Below, piece after piece: positions 11,483-18,782 of a stretch of DNA of 32,000 nt. The stretch's first letter is position 1, and each line of letters starts with the position of its first letter. The DNA lies in assembly GCA_029269845.2 (NCBI GenBank), contig CP149973.1, positions 660,001 to 692,000 on the forward strand, written 5' to 3'. The notes beneath the pieces are model-generated. The model was not told the origin of the DNA, made no database searches, and saw only the letters and a list, made by a program, of their open reading frames with translations. Made by a program: the position numbers and the translations under genes. The stretch comes from Opitutia bacterium KCR 482. Its GTDB lineage: Bacteria > Verrucomicrobiota > Verrucomicrobiia > Opitutales > Intestinicryptomonadaceae.

Positions 11483-14053
11483 CTAAACCGACGCGTCCGC
11501 GCCGTCTACGAGCGATTTCACCGTGCGCAGGAATGAGTCGTCGCGGAAGCTGTTTTTTGTGAGGTAGGCGTTTGCGCCCGCCGCCGCGCCCCGCGCCCTG
11601 TCTTCCGCCCTGTCTTTGTACGAGACTATCACGACGGGTATCGAAGAGTCGGTCTTCCTGATTTTCCCGACAAGCTCGAAGCCGCCCATGCGCGGCATAT
11701 CGACGTCGCTTACGACCAAATCGTAGTCGGAGAGCCTGAAAGAATTCCAGCCGTCCATTCCGTCTACGGCGGTGTCGACGGCGTAGCCCGCGCCCGCGAG
11801 AATCTTGCGCTCAGTCTCTCGCACGGTTGCGGAGTCGTCGACGACGAGGATTTTTTTGAGGTTCGACTCCCCGCCAGACTCCTCCGCCGCCGCGCCAGAC
11901 TCCGACCTCGACGACGCCGCGTATGCGGTGAGGTCGTCAACGTCGATTATGAGCACGGGCAGCCCGTTTTCGTCGAGCGACGCCGCGGAAATGCACGGAA
12001 TTTTTCCGAGCCTCGGGTTGAGCGGCCGCACCACAAGCTCGACCTCGTTCGGAAGCGAATCGACTTCAAACGCGAAAAGGCTACCCTTGTTGGCGACAAC
12101 AACCGCGTAGATTTCGTCCGAAAATTTCGGGCTTGCCGCCCCCAATCCGAGCGTTTCGACGCCCGAAAACAGGCGCACGGACTTCCCGTCCATGCGGAAG
12201 AAATTAAGCCCCGACTCCGCCGAGATTTCGCGCGGCGAAAGTTTCACCGTTCTGTACACCCTGCCGAGCGCGAACGCGTAAGGCTCGCCGCCGATGTCCA
12301 CCGTCAGCGCCTTGATTACCGAGCGCGTAATGGGCAGTTTCATTGTGAACGCCGAGCCGCCGCCCGCGACCGTCGAGACCGAGATTCCGCCGCCCACGTC
12401 GCGGAGCATAGACTGCACTACGTCCAAGCCCACGCCGCGCCCGCTCAGCTGGGTTATGCCGTCTTTTGTGCTGAAATTCGGCAGGAAGAGGAATTCGAAA
12501 AGCTCGTCCTGCGGCATTTTTTCGAGGATTTCGGGCGGCGCGAGGCGTTTTTCCAAAATCTTTGCGCGGATTTTCGCGGTGTCAAGCCCAGCGCCGTCGT
12601 CGGTTATTTTAATCATCAAGAACCCCGCCGAATGCCACGCGCCGAGCGTTATTTTGCCGCCGCGCGGCTTGCCCGCCGCCTCGCGGACTTCGGGAGGCTC
12701 TATGCCGTGGTCGCACGCGTTTCTTATGAGGTGCGTGAGGGGCGCTTCGAGTTTTTCGAGAACGTCGCGGTCTACGGGAACGTCGCCGCCGCGTATTTCG
12801 AGGACGATTTTCTTTCCCGCCTCTTTCGCCAAGTCGCGCACGAGCCGCGGGAACGCCACAAGCCCGTCTGAGAGCGGGCGCATTCGGCTTGCCAAAACCT
12901 CCGCGTAGAGCCTGTCGGAAAGGGCGACGTTGCGGCGCGAATATTCGCCCAGCGCGTCGGTCTGCGCGCGGGATTCGTCCGCGAGCGCGCGCAGGGACTT
13001 CCTCAGCTGTTCGAGCCGCGCAAGCGCGGCGTCGGAGCCTTTTGCGCCTTCGAGCGAATTCATCGCGCGTTCGAGCTGCCCGACAATCTGCTCCTGCGAA
13101 TTTTTAATCGAAGCCGCCGCCTCCCTGAAAATTTCGGCGCGTCGGTTTTCTATTAGAATCTCGGCGGCAAGCTCCATGAGCGAACTCAGGCTCTTTGCGG
13201 ACACCCTGACGAACGCGTCGCCGCCGCTTTTTTCGGGGACGCCGACGCGCGGCTCGGTCGAAACCGAGCGTTTGGGAGTCGCCCCGTTTTCGATTTCGCG
13301 CAGCTGCGAAAGTAGCTCGCCGTAGCGGCTGCGGTCTATGCGAGAGAACCCGTTTTCGCGGAGTTTCCCGACGAAGTCGGCGCAGTCGAGAAACACGTCG
13401 AGCGAGTCGGAATTTATGGAGATTTTGGAGTTTTGCGCCGACGAAAAGCAGTTCTCCATTTCGTGCATGAACGAAACCAAATCGGATAGCCCCACGACGC
13501 GCGCCGCGCCTTTGAGGCTGTGGCACGCCCGCATGAGCCGCTCCAATTTTTTCGCGTTCGAAAAGTCGTCTTCAAGCTCCACGAGCGACGCCGAAAGCAC
13601 GGCGAGCTGGTTTGCCGCCTCCTCCATGAAAATCGCCTTCAAGGACGGGTCTACGGGCGGGAGGGCGTCGGGCTGCGACGCCGCGGGCGCGGGCGACGCG
13701 GGGCTGTCGGGCGCGGAAAAGTCGGAATTCAAAACGGCGTCCAATTCGGATTCCTCCTCCGAAACCGCCTGTTCGAGTTTTTCGGGCGGGATGTCGGCGC
13801 ATTTCGCCAATGTTTCAACCGCGTGCATGTACGCCGAGTCGAAGACGCGCCCGCCCCCGTTTAGGAAATTTTCAAGCTTTTCGCAGACGTCGGCGTATTT
13901 TGAAAAGCCGAGCATTCGCGCCGCGCCTTTGAGCGAGTTCGCCGCCCGCGCACCCGCCGCCGCGTCGCCGCCGGACGGCAGACCGCGCAGAACGGCGCAC
14001 TGCGCGCGGACTTCGCGCAGGAAAAGTTCGAGCATGAACGAGTCGTTTTTCAT
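11483..14053 (-). CDS. Hybrid CheA-type histidine kinase: Hpt(degenerate)-Hpt-dimerisation-HATPase-CheW-REC (WspE-like)
   Basis: 856 aa from the ATG at 14051-14053, which overlaps the upstream stop as ATGA. Hpt-like AANSLKGAARMLG (Asn39) and RACHSLKGAARVVG (His178). Kinase boxes HLIRNACDHGIE, DDGAGLD and GRGVGLDVV. CheW-like region VIKALTVDIGGEPYAFAL. Receiver KKILVVDDSATVRE...VVSDVDMPRMGGFEL...AYLTK. The track ORF extends to 14815, but those 254 extra codons are Arg-rich and overlap cheW. Confidence 0.9.
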   Translation of the reverse strand: MKNDSFMLELFLREVRAQCAVLRGLPSGGDAAAGARAANSLKGAARMLGFSKYADVCEKLENFLNGGGRVFDSAYMHAVETLAKCADIPPEKLEQAVSEEESELDAVLNSDFSAPDSPASPAPAASQPDALPPVDPSLKAIFMEEAANQLAVLSASLVELEDDFSNAKKLERLMRACHSLKGAARVVGLSDLVSFMHEMENCFSSAQNSKISINSDSLDVFLDCADFVGKLRENGFSRIDRSRYGELLSQLREIENGATPKRSVSTEPRVGVPEKSGGDAFVRVSAKSLSSLMELAAEILIENRRAEIFREAAASIKNSQEQIVGQLERAMNSLEGAKGSDAALARLEQLRKSLRALADESRAQTDALGEYSRRNVALSDRLYAEVLASRMRPLSDGLVAFPRLVRDLAKEAGKKIVLEIRGGDVPVDRDVLEKLEAPLTHLIRNACDHGIEPPEVREAAGKPRGGKITLGAWHSAGFLMIKITDDGAGLDTAKIRAKILEKRLAPPEILEKMPQDELFEFLFLPNFSTKDGITQLSGRGVGLDVVQSMLRDVGGGISVSTVAGGGSAFTMKLPITRSVIKALTVDIGGEPYAFALGRVYRTVKLSPREISAESGLNFFRMDGKSVRLFSGVETLGLGAASPKFSDEIYAVVVANKGSLFAFEVDSLPNEVELVVRPLNPRLGKIPCISAASLDENGLPVLIIDVDDLTAYAASSRSESGAAAEESGGESNLKKILVVDDSATVRETERKILAGAGYAVDTAVDGMDGWNSFRLSDYDLVVSDVDMPRMGGFELVGKIRKTDSSIPVVIVSYKDRAEDRARGAAAGANAYLTKNSFRDDSFLRTVKSLVDGADASV

Positions 14054-14673
14054 AGGCTTTTCTTGGCGACCGCCCCCGCGAGCATGTCGCAATCGACAAG
14101 TGTTGCGGGCTCGCCGCCGAATTTGAAAGTGCCCGCCGAATACCACGCGTCGTCGGGAAACGCGCGGACGAAAGAGTCGGCGTCCGGCGAAACAGAGCCT
14201 TTTGCGAAGTCGGCGGGAAACGCCGTTTTTTCGCCGCCGAGCAGGCACACTACAAGGCACTTGAACTGTCCGCCCGCGGAGTCCAGCCCGAAAAGCCCCG
14301 CCAAATCGACCGTCGGCACAAGCTCTCCGTCGATGTTCGCAAGCCCCGCCGCGCCCGCGCCGCGCCTGTACGGAATTTTGTGTATCATGCGCATTGACGC
14401 AAGCTCCGAGACCGCCTCCGACGGAAGCGCGAAGAGCCGTCCGCAAAGCCCGAAGAGGAACATTCCCCCGCCGCCGCCCGCCGACACGCCGCGCGCGCGT
14501 TCCATGCTCTCGGTCCATTCGTCGAAATAGTCCGACGGAATTTTGCGCTCGAAAAGCTCTTTCGCCGCGTCGGAATAGACGCCGCAATTCACGCAGTGCA
14601 CGCATTCGCCGAGTTTTTCGCACGTCGAATTTCCCCAAATGCCGATGTCGTTCCAGCAGCGGACTCCGCTCAT
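14050..14673 (-). CDS. CheW-like coupling protein with N-terminal Cys-rich motif (WspD-like)
   Basis: 207 aa. N-terminus CWNDIGIWGNSTCEKLGECVHCVNCGVY, followed by a CheW-like domain (MFLFGLCGRLFALPSEAVSEL...GELVPTVDLAGLFG). Both the start and the stop overlap neighbouring genes as ATGA. Confidence 0.8.
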   Translation of the reverse strand: MSGVRCWNDIGIWGNSTCEKLGECVHCVNCGVYSDAAKELFERKIPSDYFDEWTESMERARGVSAGGGGGMFLFGLCGRLFALPSEAVSELASMRMIHKIPYRRGAGAAGLANIDGELVPTVDLAGLFGLDSAGGQFKCLVVCLLGGEKTAFPADFAKGSVSPDADSFVRAFPDDAWYSAGTFKFGGEPATLVDCDMLAGAVAKKSL

Positions 14674-15071
14674 AACGCGCCCTCCAAAACCTTTGCAATA
14701 TCGACGAGCGCGAGCGAATTTCCGCCGTACTCCGCGTTCCTGTACGCGTCGCCCTCCGCGCCCGAAAGCGCGGATTCGGGAAATTCGGCAACCAGCCCCA
14801 CCCGCTCGACGACAAGCGCGATTTTCTCGGAATCGCCGCGCGGCGTTGCTATTATGTGCCGCGTGCCGAAAAGCCGTTCGGCGGGCTTTCCCGTGATTGC
14901 GTAGTTGAGGTCGAAGGCGGGAATTTTGGAATCGCCGTCGCCGTGCCAGCCCACGAACGGAAGCGGGCGCGACGCGTCGGCGTGGAGGTCGAACGCGGGC
15001 GAAACCGTGCAGACGTATTTCAAATCCACGGCGCAGAGTTTGCCTCCCGCCGAAAAGGTCAGCGCGAACAT
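14670..15071 (-). CDS. CheW-like coupling protein
   Basis: 133 aa from the ATG at 15069-15071 (MFALTFSAGGKLCAVDL...IALVVERVGLV), one base after the MCP stop (TAGcATG). The track start at 15158 adds an Arg-rich extension that overlaps the MCP gene. Confidence 0.75.
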   Translation of the reverse strand: MFALTFSAGGKLCAVDLKYVCTVSPAFDLHADASRPLPFVGWHGDGDSKIPAFDLNYAITGKPAERLFGTRHIIATPRGDSEKIALVVERVGLVAEFPESALSGAEGDAYRNAEYGGNSLALVDIAKVLEGAL

Positions 15072-15072
15072 G

Positions 15073-17301
15073 CTACGCGTCCCCCCTTTCGCCGAAGCCG
15101 CGCAACGCCGACGAAAGCCTTTCGGAGGCCTCGCGCAGTTTCGAGCCGCCCGCGACAATCCCGCGCCGAAGCACGGCGGAGCGTTTCAAGATGTCGTCCA
15201 GACCCGACATTGTGTCGGACATTTTGGAAAGTTCGGCGCGTTGCGAACGCACGTTTTCGGCAAGCCGCGCCGCGTGGGGAGCGACGGTCTGAATCCTCGC
15301 GGCGAGGTCGTCCATTTCGGAGATTATGCGCGAAATTTCCGCGCCGCCCGCGCGTACCTCGTCGGAGAATTTCTCCATTTCCGACACACCGGAGGCAACC
15401 GCCGTGCGCGTGTCCTTGACGATGTTTTCGATGTCGTCGGCAGCCGCTGCGGTCTGCTCGGCAAGCCTGCCGACCTCCCTCGCAACAACAGCAAAGCCGA
15501 CGCCCGCCGCCCCCGCCTTTTCGGCCTCGATGGAGGCGTTGAGCGAAAGCAGGTTCGTTTCCTCGGCGACTTTCGAAATCGCGGTTATGACCGTGTTGAC
15601 GTTCGACATGCGCTCGCTGATTATCGCGAGCCTGCGCGACACCGCCGACGTGTTCCGCGCAAACCCGCCGAGGGTGGATTCTATTTCGGGAATTTTCCGC
15701 CTGCCCTCCGCCGCGCGGCGCGCGCCGTCGGCGGCGGATTCGGAAAGGGCGTCGGCGGTCTCGCAAATTCTCTCGGCGGACTCCCCAAGCTGGCGGGCTT
15801 CGGCGAACACGGCGGAAGCTCCCGCGCCGAAGTCTCGCATGCGGTCGTCGTAGTCGCCGGCGGTTTTCTCGGTCTCGGCGACGGAGTCCTCCATGCTGAC
15901 CCCCGCAAGTCTCACGCGGCTTGCGAACGCCCGCAGTTTCGACGCCATTCTGCCGACCGCCCTGAGCAGGCTGCCCGTCTCGTCGGCGACGTTTTCGGGG
16001 TGCGAAAATTCCACGAGGAAATTGCCCTTTGCGATTTCCTCCGCCGCGCGTGTGGCCTCGCCGATTCGCGCTACGATTCCGCCCGCAAGCAGGAGGCTTG
16101 CCGCCATCACGGCAAAGAAGACCGCCGCCCCGCAAAGCTCGCGCAAAAGCGACGCGTAGAGCGGCGCGAACAAATCCTCCTCGGGCACGACGTGGACAAC
16201 AACCCAGTTCCCCGGACGGATAAGGCTTTGCGAAACGCAGAATGTGCGGCGCGTCTGCGGGTCGCGGTAGCGCGATACCCCCTTGCCGAGGTTTTCGACC
16301 AGCAGCGAATTTTTGGAGGTCTCGAACGCCGATTTGAGCATGTCGCGGTAGACCGTCTTATATTTGGCGGAATCGAGCATTGCGGAGTTTGCGTCGTCGC
16401 GGACAAGCTGCCCGTTTTCGTCGCGCAGGAGGGCGAGCGTGAAGTTGCCCGACTCGTCCGTAAGGAGGTCGTCAACGGAAAGCGTCCTCAGGTTTTCGTT
16501 TTTGGTTGCCGATATTATTCTGCCCTGCGCGCTGATAAGAAATATGTCCTCTCCTTTGAGGGTTTTCATGGACGAAAGGGTCGAGGAAAGCGACGCGAGG
16601 TCGCGGTCGAAAGCTACCTGCCCAGAGAATTTGCCCTCGAAATACACGGGCGCGGAGTACTCAACCATCATGACGTTGTTCGAATACAGGTAGGGCTCCG
16701 TTACGATGAACGCCTCCTTGTCGCCCGACTCCATTTTTTTGCGCAACCCCGCCGAATACATGGCGGTGTCGGGGTTCGCGAGCGGTTCGAGGGTAAGCTC
16801 GCCCTTCGCCCGCGACCAGTACGCCACAAACCTGCCGCCCTCCGACTTCGCAATCCACTCGTCCATCGAAACGGAGGTTTTGTTTTCGGCGAATCCGTAG
16901 GCGTCCACGCCGCCGTCAACGCTTACGTCCCTGCCGTCGCGCAGGTTTTTCAGCCCCTGCTCGGTTTTGAAGTCGGCGAGGTCGGCGTTGACCTCGTAGC
17001 CGACGCTCGCGCCGATGTACATGGGGAATTCCGCCAGAATGTCTCGGACGAGCGCAACGCTTTCGGCGCGGCGTCCGAACAGCACCGACGCCCCTTCGGC
17101 GGCGGTCTTCGCCACGGCGACCCCGCGGGTGTTCTCGGCGGAGATTTTCGACGCGATAAGCTCCGTATCCGACACGAACTTCGACTCCGACAGCGTTTTG
17201 AGCGTGTCGTAGTTCGACAGCGAATTGTAGACGGTTATTGCCGTGTCCGCCGCAAAAATGGGCAGAACTATGTAGAGTAAAATTTTTGTCCGTATTTTCA
17301 T
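15073..17301 (-). CDS. Methyl-accepting chemotaxis protein: TM, dCache-like periplasmic domain, TM, HAMP, MCP signalling domain
   Basis: 742 aa from the ATG at 17299-17301 ([18 protein letters not shown] = TM1). Second TM is [24 protein letters not shown] region is [13 protein letters not shown]...[16 protein letters not shown]. Conserved hairpin tip is [40 protein letters not shown]. The track start at 17397 is a TTG with a non-protein-like extension. Confidence 0.9.
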   Translation of the reverse strand: MKIRTKILLYIVLPIFAADTAITVYNSLSNYDTLKTLSESKFVSDTELIASKISAENTRGVAVAKTAAEGASVLFGRRAESVALVRDILAEFPMYIGASVGYEVNADLADFKTEQGLKNLRDGRDVSVDGGVDAYGFAENKTSVSMDEWIAKSEGGRFVAYWSRAKGELTLEPLANPDTAMYSAGLRKKMESGDKEAFIVTEPYLYSNNVMMVEYSAPVYFEGKFSGQVAFDRDLASLSSTLSSMKTLKGEDIFLISAQGRIISATKNENLRTLSVDDLLTDESGNFTLALLRDENGQLVRDDANSAMLDSAKYKTVYRDMLKSAFETSKNSLLVENLGKGVSRYRDPQTRRTFCVSQSLIRPGNWVVVHVVPEEDLFAPLYASLLRELCGAAVFFAVMAASLLLAGGIVARIGEATRAAEEIAKGNFLVEFSHPENVADETGSLLRAVGRMASKLRAFASRVRLAGVSMEDSVAETEKTAGDYDDRMRDFGAGASAVFAEARQLGESAERICETADALSESAADGARRAAEGRRKIPEIESTLGGFARNTSAVSRRLAIISERMSNVNTVITAISKVAEETNLLSLNASIEAEKAGAAGVGFAVVAREVGRLAEQTAAAADDIENIVKDTRTAVASGVSEMEKFSDEVRAGGAEISRIISEMDDLAARIQTVAPHAARLAENVRSQRAELSKMSDTMSGLDDILKRSAVLRRGIVAGGSKLREASERLSSALRGFGERGDA

Positions 17302-17330
17302 GGAGAAACTTTGCGGCGTCTTTATAGTAA

Positions 17331-17360
17331 TATATAAACTACCCCCCCCGCCCCCGTCAA
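17331..17360 (-). promoter_or_regulatory. Candidate sigma70-type promoter of the chemosensory operon, with a G4-C-G8 spacer
   Basis: Minus strand reads TTGACG (17360-17355), a 17-nt spacer ggggcggggggggtagt, then TTATAT/TATATA (17337-17331). It lies about 30 nt upstream of the MCP ATG. Confidence 0.35.
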
Positions 17361-17427
17361 GAAGTCGATTGCCCCGCGCCCCATTTTTTTGACGCAAGAG
17401 CCTATCGGAGCGGGCGGACGAATTGTC

Positions 17428-17456
17428 TTGATTTTTCCGCGCAAAAATTGTGTTAT
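17428..17456 (+). promoter_or_regulatory. Candidate promoter of purC abutting the start codon
   Basis: TTGATT (17428-17433), a 17-nt spacer, then TGTTAT (17451-17456). Only 7 nt separate the -10 hexamer from the ATG at 17464. Confidence 0.3.
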
Positions 17457-17463
17457 CCGCGTC

Positions 17464-18360
17464 ATGAAATTCAAACTTCCCACCGAACCGCTCATGACGG
17501 TTGACAACCTGCCCTTCGAGAAAATCGCGAAAGGCAAAGTAAGAGAAAATTTCGACCTCGGAGATGAACTGCTCATCGTCGCCACCGACCGCATTTCGGC
17601 GTTCGACTCAATCATGCCCAACGGCGTCCCGGGCAAAGGCGTGCTGCTCACGCAAATCAGCCTCTGGTGGTTCGAACAGGCGGCTAAATTCATGCCCACG
17701 CACCTCGTCGAAAACCACGCCGAACGCGTCGCGGAACTGCTCAAAGGCCGCCCCGAACTCGTCGACCGCTCGATGATTGTAAAGAAGCTCAGGCCCATGC
17801 CGATTGAGGCAATCGCCCGCGGCTACCTTGCGGGCAGCGGCTGGAAGGAATACTCGCAGACGGGCAAGCTGTTCGAGTTCGAGCTTCCCGCGGGGCTAAA
17901 AGAAAGCCAGAAGCTCCCCGAACCGCTCTTCACCCCCACGACCAAGGCGGCGGAGGGGCACGACATGCCCATCACCAACGCCGAATGCGAAAAACTGCTC
18001 GGCTCGGAAATCTTCAAACAGATTAGGGACGCAAGCCTCGCGCTCTACAACATGGGCGAAAAGAAGGCGGCACAGTGCGGAATAATCCTCGCCGACACGA
18101 AGTTCGAATTCGGCACGGACGCGAACGGCAAAGTCTACCTCATAGACGAAGTGCTCACGCCCGACTCGTCCCGCTATTGGCCCGCCGACAAGTACGAAAT
18201 CGGCCGCTCGCAGGCTTCGTACGACAAGCAGTACGTGCGCGACTATCTCGAATCAATCGGCTGGAACAAGCAGCCGCCCGCGCCCGCCCTGCCCGAAGAA
18301 GTCGTGCAAAACACAATCAAGTGCTACTCGACAGCCCTCACAAAACTGATGGGCGAATAG
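17464..18360 (+). CDS. purC: Phosphoribosylaminoimidazole-succinocarboxamide (SAICAR) synthase
   Basis: 298 aa from the ATG at 17464. Motifs [31 protein letters not shown] and [14 protein letters not shown]. The track start at 17389 adds 25 non-conserved residues. Confidence 0.93.
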   Translation: MKFKLPTEPLMTVDNLPFEKIAKGKVRENFDLGDELLIVATDRISAFDSIMPNGVPGKGVLLTQISLWWFEQAAKFMPTHLVENHAERVAELLKGRPELVDRSMIVKKLRPMPIEAIARGYLAGSGWKEYSQTGKLFEFELPAGLKESQKLPEPLFTPTTKAAEGHDMPITNAECEKLLGSEIFKQIRDASLALYNMGEKKAAQCGIILADTKFEFGTDANGKVYLIDEVLTPDSSRYWPADKYEIGRSQASYDKQYVRDYLESIGWNKQPPAPALPEEVVQNTIKCYSTALTKLMGE

Positions 18361-18376
18361 CAAAACGATTTCCGAA

Positions 18377-18403
18377 AGCCGTCCAAGCGGGCGGCTTTTT
18401 TTT
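18377..18403 (+). terminator. Rho-independent terminator after purC
   Basis: 8-bp stem agccgtcc / gggcggct with loop aagc, followed by T8. Confidence 0.8.
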
Positions 18404-18418
18404 GGACGCAAACGCAAA

Positions 18419-18778
18419 ATGAAAAACGAAAAAACGGGAATACAAAGGCTGATATCGGCCGCGAAAAATTCGCTCGACGGGCTGCGCGCCACGCTGCGCT
18501 CCGAAGCGGCGTTCAGGCAGGACTGCCTGCTTGCGGCGGTTCTGCTTTGCGTCGCGCTCGCCGCCGACGTTTCGAAAGCCGAACGCTGCGCCCTCGTGAT
18601 TCCGCTTTTCGTTTTGCTGATTGCCGAAATTCTCAATTCCGCAGTCGAAAAATGCGTCGATTTGGTCTCGCCGAACTTCCACCCGCTCGCGAAATTCGCA
18701 AAGGACGCGGGGAGCGCGGCGGTGTTCATTGCGCTCGCAAATATCGCCGTCTGCTGGATTGTCGTATTCGTTTTCTGA
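18419..18778 (+). CDS. dgkA: Diacylglycerol kinase (integral membrane, DgkA type)
   Basis: 119 aa, colinear with E. coli DgkA. Motifs EAAFRQ, LIAEILNSAVEKCVD and AKDAGSAAVFIAL. Confidence 0.9.
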   Translation: MKNEKTGIQRLISAAKNSLDGLRATLRSEAAFRQDCLLAAVLLCVALAADVSKAERCALVIPLFVLLIAEILNSAVEKCVDLVSPNFHPLAKFAKDAGSAAVFIALANIAVCWIVVFVF

Positions 18779-18782
18779 CGCC

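Noticed and set aside
14054-14815. 254-codon N-terminal extension of the CheA ORF (the track lists 11483-14815 as 1110 aa)
   Set aside because: The extension is extremely Arg-rich and non-protein-like, and it completely overlaps the CheW(Cys) gene in another frame. The ATG at 14053 forms an ATGA overlap with the cheW stop and begins a proper Hpt-like helix.
17302-17397. Upstream alternative start codons listed in the track for the MCP (TTG 17397), purC (17389), the ABC transporter (TTG 29192), PIG-L (TTG 10697), CheW (15158), TatA (TTG 21455) and the LtaS-like gene (18621)
   Set aside because: These are non-ATG or distant starts that add non-conserved, compositionally odd residues or overlap the upstream gene. 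Internal ATG or GTG starts give canonical N-termini (TM helix, signal peptide, Walker-A spacing) and tight coupling to neighbouring genes.
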